Shown here: in pieces, positions 20,501 through 32,500 of the stretch
Position numbering within the stretch: position 1 is the first letter of the stretch
How the letters are laid out: every line of letters begins with the position of its first letter
NCBI GenBank assembly: GCA_016206825.1
Contig: JACQQY010000113.1
Location: 1 to 35,860, forward strand
DNA length: 35,860 nucleotides
Source of the DNA: Candidatus Omnitrophota bacterium
GTDB taxonomy: Bacteria > Omnitrophota > Gorgyraeia > 2-02-FULL-51-18
Direction: 5' to 3'
Position numbers and translations under genes: made by a program
Notes under the pieces: model-generated
Told to the model about the DNA's origin: nothing
The model's database searches: none
Seen by the model: the letters and a program-made list of their open reading frames with translations, nothing else

Positions 20501-23500
20501 CTCTTACGGATTCCCGCAACGCTTCAAGAAATCCTTTCGGACCTAAAAACTTATCCAGTTCTTTGATGGACCGATCCAAGGAAGCTTTGACGGCTGTTGA
20601 GACGTCCTCCGGCAAAAGATCCACAAAACCCGCGCCCAAAACTTCCTGCAGGTTCTCCTTGGCCGACCGGGCTCTCTCAAGCTGGCGGTCCACCTCTTCA
20701 TCCCACCACGAACGAGTAACCGCTCCCGGCACAAAAACATCATCCTCGCTGTAGCCGCCCTGCGCCCGTTGCCACCACGGGTCGTTTTCAAAACCTGCCC
20801 CGCCAAAGAAAGAATCCATGTAGTACCGGTTCGTGAGGTAAGGGGAAGATCTGGGGCCCTCCTCACGGCTTTGCTTAATGGGGCCTTCAAATCCCTCTAT
20901 TTTGCCAATCCCCTCCACCACGAGATCCTCCGGACCGATAAAAAGGCCGCGCAACGCCTCGTCCCGCCCTTCCATCTCTTTCTCCAATTTTGTCTGCGCT
21001 CTTTGAAGGTTCTTTAGACTGTCAGACTCCGTGTCGTCCACGGCGTCCAAAATATTCAACCATAAATCATCCCAATTCCCATTGTAGCTGTCACTGTAGG
21101 CGTGGCGGGCGGCTTTCCAATGCCTGCGGTAACTTCCTCCCAGATTTGTCAGGAAATCAGTCCCCGTAAGGTTGTAACCGATGCCAGCAGCCCTGGCGAC
21201 CATCTCATCGATCTTGGGTTGGAGATAACCTGCGCCTGCGGAACTCGTGCCGGAGGAATCCGTGATGGAACCGAAAGCTTGAAACACAAAGGTATCGTTC
21301 CACCTGCCCTTAAACGCATCCAGCATGGCACCGCTCTTATTCTTGAAATTTTCAAGAGCCGCGTTGGCCGTCTTGAAAAGCTCTCCCTTTTGGAGTTGGC
21401 TTGCCATCGCGGTCACGTAGCTCTTGCTGAGCTCTTTAAACTGCGTCCAAGAATCCGCCAGGTTTTTGCCGCTTGCTTCGTTAAATTTCCTCAGCTCGTT
21501 CTTGAAGCCGTCCTTGAAGTTGTTCAGAAGGGCCCACTTTCCATCCACGGCCAGTTTCTTCACGTAGAAGTAATCGTTCAAAGCGGCGTTCATTTCCCGC
21601 AAAGCGCTTTGGATGCCGCCCTGCCAGACGGGGTATTTCTTGTCCAGCTTGAGATTGAGCGCATTGATGAAGTCGGAAAGCTCAGTCCCGCGGATCTGCC
21701 GGAGAAGGCCGTTATCGAGAATAAAACCGTAACGCGCCTCCCAGAAGGATGCAATCTTTCCGGAAGGATCGTACTCGATAACCGCCGTCGCGTCGGCCGA
21801 GCTTTCCAAATCCACGCCGACGGCATACTTGGCGAGAAGCTCCCTGCTCTCCTTGGTGTAAACCGTCACGCGGATACTCCCATCTTCCAAATATTCGATT
21901 TTCTTATCGAAATTCTCGAAGGATCCCTTCCCGCCTCCCCCGCCCCCTCCTTCTAGATTCTCAATGGCATACAAGAGCCGACCCGTCGTGTCACCCAACA
22001 CCTTCGGATTCCGGCCGTAAAACGTTCTTCTCGTCCACTCTCCAACCTCATTCACCGTCTCGGCCATCATCGTGATCTCTTCCTGCTTCACCGTAGAAGG
22101 ATCACGCCCCGTCCAACGGACTCTCTTCCCGGTGGCCGGGTCCGTCGTAAACCCGTATTTCTCCGCCTCTCCGCTTGAAATAAAGGCATGGAACCACCTG
22201 CCGCCGGAGCCGAGAACCGCTTTGGCCTGATCAACCGTAAGCTCGGCGCCGGTTACGGGCTTTGAAGCCGCCAAAATGTTCCCATCCCAAATCCCGGTGA
22301 AATAGCTTCTCGTGCTCGTCTTCAACTGCCCTTCTTCCAGGAGAGTGACGACATCGTCATCGCTTATCTCCTTCACCACGACATAGTGGTCCGGCCCGAT
22401 GTGAGCGATGACGGGATTGCCGGCCTGGACGAACCGCTTCAGCTCATCAAAATCCACCCGATAGCCAAAGAAGCTCTTCTGAGTTTCAGCCTCCGCCGCT
22501 TCTTTCATCGCCTGAAGCGAAATAGTAAGATCCCCTGTCGTCGTCTCCGAGATAACCCCGCTTTGAATGTCTTTGGTGATTGCCTGAACGGCCGTCGACA
22601 CCAGGTTCGGAATCAAGCCGTTTGCGCCGTTGATCAAAAGGGATAAGGCGCCAAAGGCGCTGGCGCCGAAGTGCTTCGATTGATTTTTAAGCCAGGTGAG
22701 AATGCCCTGAACCATGCTCTCGGTAAGAGCCCCTCCGCTCAACCACGTCTGGTACTGCGTAACGTAATCGGCGCCGAAGTATTGTGAATACTCATCGGGA
22801 TTGTTGATAAAAAGCGTGATGTAGTACACGAAGGAGCCTTCCCCCTCGGTTTGAGGGGTCGCCTCGCCTTTCAAAAGCCTTTTGCCTTGCTCCGGATCGA
22901 CCTGAAAGTAATACAGGTATTCCCTAACCCAATTCGGAGCGGGCGCCGGCTGACCAAACGGAAGACCGATCCGTTCGGTAAGCCACTTCTCCACCCCGCT
23001 GATAATCGCCTCCCTCGTCGCCGCATCGAGCGTCTGTTCCCCGCCAAAGACAAGACTGCCTGAAAGGGCTATATCCTTTCCTTCGGGAATCCTGGCAATG
23101 AAGTGGAGACTCGGATCGTCCACAATTTCCTGGGCAAGATCTCCTAAAGTAAGAGACTTCGGATCGAGCGGATCTGTTTCCTTCATCAAGCGCGTCGTCT
23201 CGCCCAAAAGAACCTTCACTCCGCCGACGGTGACAAAAGGCGCCGCCGAACCGAAGAAATCAATGGGTTTGGTTTCGGGAATCACACGAGCGCTTACCAC
23301 CACTTGACTGGCCACCCACCTTCCTTCAACCTTCTCAGCCGTGATATCCACCAACACCAGCGGCTTTTTCTCCGTAAGGGTGATTCTCGTGGCAACGCCG
23401 TTCTCCGCCGTGACCTTGGCATAGATTTCATTTCCCAGAAGGGCGCTGTCTTCAAAAAAGCGGGCAAAACCCTCTTGGCTGACCGCCGAACCGTCCAGAC

Positions 23501-26500
23501 CTGTGATCTGAGTATCCGCCGTCACCTGGTACGTCACCCCTTTTACGGTGATGGTCTCAAGGGACATCCGGCCGTCTGCGTCCTTGCCCGTTTCAAGGGT
23601 GTTCACCAAGTAATCCGGATTGTTATGGAGCCAGTCATAAAGTTCCTGAAGGGTAAGAATTGTTTCGCCTCCCGTCTTGACAATGGCACGCGACAGGTCG
23701 ACGGCTTCACCCTTCACCTGAAGGGACTGCCCAGCAGCATCGAGGCTCTGAAGCTTTCCGTTAAAGCGCTCAAAGAAGGTCGTCGTCAGCTCTATTTTTT
23801 CCACCTCCCATGGACGAGTACGAGAAAGAGCGGCCTTGGCATAAGTAGGGATTCCATTCGCCGCGTTCTTCGCAAAAAGACGCTTCATCTCTTCCCAAGT
23901 CAAGATGACCCCCAAAGAATCTTTAATGACAAGCGAAGAGGAACGTGTGACCGAAACGCCCCCTAGGGTCAAAGCGTCAGCAACCGTATCTAATCCTGCC
24001 ACTCCACGGATCAACTGAGGCTGGGCCGTTGAAAGCTGAACCTCTCTGTTGTCATGGCGGGAACGAAGCTGAAGTTCCAGCGCCTTCCAACCGGTATCGG
24101 TTTCAATCAACTTGACTCTGGCGTTTGTCTCAAGTGACAGCTCCGAGTCAAGGAAAAGGGTGTTCGAAACCTGCTCAGCCGTCAGGAGAGAGCCGGCCGG
24201 ATCCGTCATCTTAAACCCATTGGCTAATGGATACTCCACCCCTCCCACTTTGACCTTGCCGCCAACTACATCCACTGCGTCCAGATTGTGACTTTCCGAC
24301 CGGGTATGCAAAGACTCCGTTAACACGTCGATGGTTTGAGCTTCGTATGTTCCATCCCGCAACATCATCCCGGTGACGTTGACAAGCGTCGGAATGGAAC
24401 GTGCTTGATTTTCGGAGCGAATTTGCTCAAGCCGTGCCCCGCCGATCGCAGCGCCCAAGCTGTCCCTGATAACCGCGGATGAAGTGACGGTGAAATCCAC
24501 GCCATTGATCCGAATCGAACGAAGCTCACCGTTGACGAGCGTGGCGCTTTGAAGCTCATCTTTCATTTGCGTCTTACCCGAAATATCCGCGGCGACTTTG
24601 ATGGTCTTGGCAACCGCTTGGCCGGAAACCATCTCAAAATGAACGTCAAAATAAAGCCCGGAGCTTCGATTCATCAGGGTTCGAAGCTGCTGGGCGCTTA
24701 CAAGGGTGAGATTCGCGTCAAAAATGGCGGTGGAACTATTGACAACGGCGGTGACGCCGTTCACCGTGACGGCGCCAGCGCTTGGATCCTGGGCATCCCA
24801 GGAAAAAGCGATCTCCTCCGGCTTCACCCCCGTCCAAGAGCGTCCTTCCGGAATCAAAACGCCCTCCGCTCCAAGACTCATGGCATCCGCGCGCCAGAGA
24901 ACGGAACGGACCTCATTTTGAACGAAGGCATCCGTTGAAACAAACCCATCGGGCAATCCGGCGGCCGGTTTTTCCAGATGATAAGCGGCATCGGCTGGAA
25001 TTACTTCGACGTCATCAAAGAAGGCCGGCGCCCCTAAGTTGGAAGTACCGAGCGCGATCTCGCCGACGCTATAGGCGGCATTCGTCACATTGAGAAACTG
25101 GGCGGTATTGCCATCCAAATAGACTCGGATATTGTCCCCGTTGGCGTCTACTTTCAAGGTGTGCCACGCTGAAGGATCAAAACCGGAGAGGGACGTAAAA
25201 CCCAACTGATTGCCCAGATTGCCGCTTTTCACTTCATAGAGCAGGAGATAAATTCCGCTTTCACTGCTTGTGCCCACGCGAACGGCATACCCGTCATTGC
25301 GGCTGTTCAATCGGAAATAAAGCTGGAGGTACTCATATAAGTTCCTCTTAAACTTGAACTTGGTTTGAATCGTGCCGTTCACGATCGTCTTACCGTCCAA
25401 GAAGGACAAATGGTCACCACCTAAGGTGGACTGGCGGTAAGCCATGTTCCCCGTTCCATCATCCACCACCTCCCAATTGCCTCCGTCAATTCTGGGGGTG
25501 AAGGGAACTGCGGTGGGCTTGGGGGAAAAGCTCTCGCTCCAATAAATTTCTTTTGCCGGAGCGGGACTGCCCTGTAGTGTTCCATCTTTCCCGTTGCCGG
25601 ACAAATCCTTACCGGTGCCGTCGTCGAAAGAATAATAAGCCAAAAGCCCTTCCTCATTCCCCTGGAGCTTGGTATTCATAACGCTTTGGATCTGAGAGGT
25701 TGTGAGGGCTTGGCCAAAGACGGCCGCTTCATCGATCGTGCCCATGGCACGGCCATAACTTAATTGTCCTTCTCCCCCTATCGCCGCCAGATCCTTTGTG
25801 ACCTGACGATTGAGAAGATTACCAACGGGATTTCCATCCATATAGAACTGAGTCTTTCCCCCGGAACCAACCGCCGCTACATGATGCCAGCCGCTTGACA
25901 AAGAACGAACGGAGTAGCCGCTGTCGACGGCGTTGTAAGGATAATAGGTATAACCGTTCATCGAATCCAAAATCGCCAGCGTCCCATCGGACCTCACCAC
26001 AAAGTGAGAATCGGAAGGTCCGCTGGAGCTTCTGAAGAGCGCGTTGTAAGAATAAGAGCTCTCAAGAGCGGGAAGCGGAAACTTCACCCATGCCATGATC
26101 GTCCGGTCGCCGTTCATGTTGATGGGCGGGATTGTCATCGTATCGGCCGTCGACGCGAACCGCATGGCATCGCTGTAGATTGCCACTTTTTTGATCAGGA
26201 CTTCATCCAGCCAAGCGTTGCCGTTCGCCGCAGCGGTGTCCGTCGTCTGTGTCCGGTCGTAAACCCACCGCAAGGTGTATTTGCCCTTCGGCAGATTCAG
26301 CGTGCTCCTCAGCCAACCATTGCTTGCCCCGGCAATCGATGCCGCTTCCTTCTCGTCGATGTAAAGTTTGAGAGCATCAGTCGCCTGCGAATCGATTCTC
26401 CAACTAAACTCCAACATGCCGGCGTCATCGAGCTCCGTCGTGGTTTGAAAAAAGGAACTCTGACCGCCTCTTGTGGCTCCCGCCTGCGCGGCAAAACCAC

Positions 26501-29500
26501 CTTGTCCATAAGCGAGAGAGTTCTGCGTTTTCCAGGCACCATCGCCCCCTGTCAGGAACCTTACTTGGGAGGGAGTGACGGAAACGATTGGGATCGCTTT
26601 ATCCTGAATCGCCGTCGTTCCACCTTGCAAGACTCCGTCATTTCCGGTGGTGGTCAGGTCTTTCGCCGAGCCGTCGTCGAAAGAATAATAAGTCACCAGA
26701 CCATTCTCACTCCCTTGGAGCTTGGTGGTCATCAGGGCTTTGACTTCATCAGCCGTGAGGGCGCGGTTATAAATGGCCGTCTCATCGATGGCTCCATTAA
26801 AGTATCCCGTGTTGTCGCCCTTTTGCCCTATAAAGAGATCTCCAAGCTGTGTATTGACGCCGAAAGAAATGGGATAACTGTTAATCTGCGCCCCGTCCAA
26901 ATAGATCTTTACGTTCGATCCCTCAAGGGTAACGGCCAAGTGATACCATCGGTTCAGGTCTGAAGAAGGAAGGCCGGCAGAAACGGAATAATAACCTCCA
27001 AAGCTTGAGACGATCTGGTTGTAATAGTTGTCAACGTAAACTCCCCAGAAATTGCTAAGAGCGGACGGCCCATAACCAAAGAGCCAATTTTGGCCGCTGG
27101 AATAGGAACCTGCTTTGTCCAATCGGAACCACGCCGCGAACGTTCTGGAAGAACCGCCGAGCGGTAAATTGGCTGGGTTTGTTACCTTGGCAAAATCATC
27201 CGTTCCATCGAACTTAAGCGCGGTTCCTTGAGGCTGTGATTTTACTTGAATTTCATCTACCCAAGCTTGACTGCTCGGCTCCCCAAAAACTGTCTTGGTC
27301 CGGTCAAACACCCAGCGAAGGGTATGAGCTCCTTTTGATAGTTTCAGCATTCCCTTTACCCAGCCGCTGCTCCCGGAAAGAGGCGAGATCGCATCCTGAG
27401 CGAGATTCCCATCGACGTAGAGGCGAAGCTTATCCGTGGCAAGGGCATCTATCTTCCATTGAAACTCCAAGAATCCATCCCCCTCCAGATTCACTTTCCT
27501 TTCCAAATAAGAACTGGTGCCCGCCAAGGTATCACCCGCCTGGAGGGCAAAGCCTCCCGCATCGTAAGCGGAGGTGTTTTGATTCTGCCAGGACGGATTT
27601 AAAGCGCTCACCACGGCAAAAGAAGAATCTCGGACAACCGTTCTTTGACTAACGGCCACTGCGCCTGCCGAGAGTGTCCCGTCATACTTGACGGCGTCTG
27701 TCGAAAGATCCCTGGCCGTGCCGTCGTCAAAAGAATAGTAAGCCAAAAGCCCCGTTTCATCGCCCTGAAGTTGTTGATTCTTATAGGCTTGGATGTCCGT
27801 TGAGGAAAGAGTCCTGTCAAACAGAGCCGCTTCATCGATGGTTCCAATATTTTGACTGCCCAAACCGCCGTTGCCTATCACCTCCAAATCCCGAGTCACT
27901 TGCGTGAAAGCCGTGCCCACGGCATTTCCATCAACATAAATGGTGGTTACCCCTCCAGAGATCGCCGCCGCCACCTGATGCCAGCCGCTGCTTAGAGACC
28001 CGATGTTGTACCATGAGTTGTAGAAGGAAAAACCGTTAAAGACCCCCAGATAGTTATCGGAGGAAATGACAAGATGGCTATAACCAGCCGCCTTGGAACT
28101 GAACAAAGTGCGATAACCCCCTGTGGAAGGAAGCGGGAACTTGACCCATGCCATGAGGGTGCGGTCACCGCTCATATTGATGGGCGGAACGGTCACCATG
28201 GCGTTTGTTGCGCCAAGGCTTAAACCATCTCCATAGGGTTGATCTTTTTGAATCTTCACCTCATCCACCCAAGCGTTGTTGTTGGCAGGGCCGGCGCTGA
28301 CGGAACTGCGCTTATAAACCCACCGCAAAGTATGAGCGCCTGCCGAAAGAGCATGGCTTTTTCCTGTCCAACCGCCGCTATTTCCGCTGACGGAAGCTAC
28401 AGGGGTATCCAGGTCATCCACGTAAAGCAAAAGTTCATCCCCCGGATCGGAATTCACCATCCAGTTAAAGCTCAAGGTGGAAGTCTGACCGACATAGACG
28501 GTCCTCTGAAGATAAGAGTTCTGACCGGCGCTGATTGTTCCCGCTTGAGCCGCCACCCCTCCTTGATCGAAAGCGGTTGTATTTTGATTCGCCCAGACCG
28601 CGTCTCCGCCGCTGGTGTAGGGAGCGGGGATCATGGTTCCCGTGGTGTAGTCCACGGAAGCAAATCCATCGTAGAAAAACGTCTTCTCATCCAATGGGAC
28701 AAGGCCTCCTTGCACGGTCCCCTTCACTCCACTCACCAAGTCAACCGCCGAGCCGTCGTCGAAAGAATAATAAGCGGCAAGACCGACTTCGCTGCTTGAA
28801 GGCCGGGTATCCATCAAACTTTGGATCTCGCCTGCGGTGAGAGGACGATTATAGACGGCCAATTCATCCAATTTCCCTCTGAAATAACCGGCATCGCCTC
28901 TCCCGATCAACGCCGGCAAGGTGCTGGAAACAGCGGAAGCATATAACGCATCCGTTTCATTCACGAACTGGCCGTTTTGATACCATCTCAGCTTTTTATT
29001 CTCCAGATCGCGGACAACAGCCAGGTGTGTCCAGGCGTTTCTGGCAAGAGAGGCACTCATCTTAAAACTCTGATAAGGATAATTATTCCCTCCTCCCGTG
29101 CCATAAGAATAAGAGACGCTCCCGTCCGTGTTGAGATAAATAGTGCCTTCGCCGCCATAGGCTTTGGAGAAAAGGTTGCTTGAGGAGGCAAAATCACTGG
29201 GATTCACCCATAAGGCAATAGTTTGACTTCCGGTGATCTGCAGGGAAGCAGGACTGCCCAAATCAACATAGTCATTGGTTCCGTCGAAACTCAAAGCCTT
29301 CCCGTAAGAAGCGGCTTTCTCGATCTTGATTTCGTCCACCCAGGCATTGCTGCTTGGTGGAGATCCCTGAGGCGTCTGGGTCCTGTCATAAACCCACTTC
29401 AAAGTGTGGGCGCCTGCGGAAAGAACCATCTTGGCATTGGTCCAGTCGGTGTTGCCGGAAATTAGGGGAACTTGGGTGGGCACTTCACTTCCATCCACAT

Positions 29501-32500
29501 AGAGCCGCAGCTTATCCGTGGAGTTCCCGTCGACTTTCCATTGGAACGTCAAGGCTCCGCTTTCTGCCAGTTCCACAACCTTCTCAAAATAAGAGCTGGA
29601 CCCGGCATCCGTGTTCCCCGCCTGCATACCGGCGCCTGCAGGATCATAGGACACTCCATCCTGAACCGCCCAGCTATCTGTCACATACCCGCCAGAGACG
29701 TTCAAAACCGTATCGGCCAAATACCCAAAGTCGATCTTCTTGGAAGTCTTGTCTTCCAAAAGAAGCAGTTCGTCGATCCATCCTGCGTCCTGACCCACAA
29801 GCCCCGTGTCCCCGCCGTCTTTCGTATAGACCCAACGCAAGGTGTAGGCCCCCTCGCCCAAGTCCCTTGTCACCCTTTGCCAATCCGCTTCGCCGCTGAT
29901 CACGCTGGTGTCATCGATCACAACCCCGTCTTTTAAGATTTCGAACTTGAACAAGTCTTTCCCCTGCTCCGAAGAGACCTTCCAATTAAACGCCACTGTC
30001 GCCTTGTCGGAGTTCACGCGGATGTCTTTGGTAATCACCGAGCTCTGGTTGTGGGATACCTTCCCGGTCTGCAGGGCATACGCCTTCACAAAACTGCCGG
30101 CAAGATTAGTGGCTTTACCGGCCTGATTGTTGGAGTCAAAGAGATTGGCCAACTCCTCCAAAGTATAGTATTTCCCGGCGGCGTCTTTGATCGTCTTGGA
30201 GCTGGTGACCAGAAGTGTTTCCCCATTCAACGTGACCGTTCCATCCTGAACAAGGACCCTCTGAACTGCTCCGCTAATGGAGCTCGTGGCTCGATCGGTA
30301 ATTTCATGCTGAGTTTCCGCAAGGATCCTCGCGGCCCGCCACGTATTGCCGACTTTCATGGCGGTTACCTTTACGGTCACGGGAACATCCGCCGGCACAA
30401 TGGATTGAAAGTCGCCGGACAATAAACCTTTAAGGCCTCCGACAGACCGGTACTCAAAGGTATTGGGCGGCGTCTGAAACTCGCTCCGCACACCTTCTCG
30501 TATCACACCGTACCGGTGGTCCTTATACCTGATTTCCACCTCCGTAAAGAAACCATCCGTCTCGGTGTCGTTGCCTACAACAACGTTCATACCGTTGACC
30601 GTCATCTGGGTGATCTTCTTCACATAAGAATCGTCGGCATCATCCACAAACTGGATATCCTGCGCCTTCACCGCAGAGCTGGTGAACGTGTCCGCCTTGT
30701 TCAAGATGCTCGTCACCCTGATCTTTTCCGCAACCCACTCTCCGGCTTCATCTTTCTTCACTCGAACGGACAAAAGGAGCTGTCCTTTGTTCGAAAGCGC
30801 CGCCAAATCACTCAAACCGCCTTGTAAAAGGCTGCCCGATGAATCCTCCACTAGAGTCTGCCCATCCACCTTAACGCTTTGTCCGCCGATGCCGACCACG
30901 CCCAAAGTGGAATCGATGGAACTGGGTGGACCGCTGAATTCATCGCCGAGGGGAAAAGCAGGCGTCATCTTAAGCTCTTCCGCCTTCCAAGCGTCCCCAA
31001 CTTTTACCAATTGAACCGACACCAGAGCATCCGCCGGCAGGTCTTGTAAACTCAAAGGATCCCCGGCCGCATTCCTCATAACGGTGCTTGAATCCACCTG
31101 AAACTGCATCCCGTCCGCCAAGGTGATCGTTCCCTTCGTCGAATCCGTTTCATCGATCGTCTTGACACTGACCGCGGCGGCACGCCTAAGGACGGTGTCG
31201 ATGCGTGTTAACACTTTCAGGCGTGACAAAACCAAATCGCCCGAAGAGGAAAGAACAACGCTTGCATCCACTCCGGTTGTAATTCCCATCAACCGATGAT
31301 AAGAGAAAATACCGGATAACTGGGCAAGGCTCAATGGATTGCCGCCCGTATCGCCAAGGATGCTCGTGTCTTTGACCTGGATATCCTTTCCGTTGATCTT
31401 TAGAGTGCCGACGGCGGGAGCTTGGGTGATTGTCACACCTTCCAAATTACCGGTAAAGGCGGCCTGTCCCTGGGCATCGGAAATAAGGTTGATTTGTTGA
31501 AGAACCCACTCACCGCTTATCCTTCTGACTTCCAGTGCGACAAACGTGCCGACACCGCCGGCTTTATTTCCCTCCCATAAGGCACTGAAAGCGGACTGGC
31601 TCATCGTTACCCCGTTTACGTCTTTGATCACCGTGCCATCCTGCAATTTCATGATTTGACCCGCAAATAAGATGGAACGACCGACGGCGTCTAAATTCTG
31701 AAGCGCCCCCGTAAGGCGCGTGGCAGCAATGTCAGGCTCCTCTGCCGTCAAAAGAACCTGTTGAGCTTCCCAGCCCGAAGCAGACTTAAGAGCCACGAGC
31801 TTGACCGTTGCAAAAATCCCTTGATCTTCAAAAGCTTGGCGGATGGCCTCCAACCGAGCCGTCTTCTCTGCGGCCGTTCCTGAGATCACATTGCCTTTCG
31901 CATCCTTCACAATCGTGGTATCAACGATTTTGATATCATGATCGGCGAAACGAACCGTGTCCGCACCCACGCCTTGTAAAATCCCCGTAAGAACACTAAG
32001 ACCCGAAGGATTGTAGAGATTGTCGACTGCTCCCTTTACCTCTCTCACAGGAGCGGCGACCACGTCTATTCGATCTGCTTTCCATGAGCCATCTTGCAGT
32101 TGAGCGGCAGTTACCTTAAGGTACGTGTCGGCGGGGTTGGCATCATAAATTTCTTTGAGCCTGCTTGCGGTGATAACAGCTCCCACGCCGTCGTAAATCA
32201 AAGTGCTGCTATCGATCTTCACGCTGTTAGAACCGAGCCTCACCGAACCAGCGCTATTGGGATCGAGCTCAATACCCAACAAAGCGCTGGTGAGAGTGGA
32301 GGCAGCCTCTTCAGCAAGGGCAAGAACAGCGCCGTTCGGAAAAGTCAACGTGCCGCCATCGGCAAGCGCAACGGTCCCGTCGCCCGGCAGCACGACAGCG
32401 CCTCCGGCAAGTAAAGTGGCTTCTTCGTTGTCAGACAGTTGGACAGTCCCGCCAACGCCAATGTTAAGAGTTTCACCCTTCACAACGACCGTGCCGCCAT

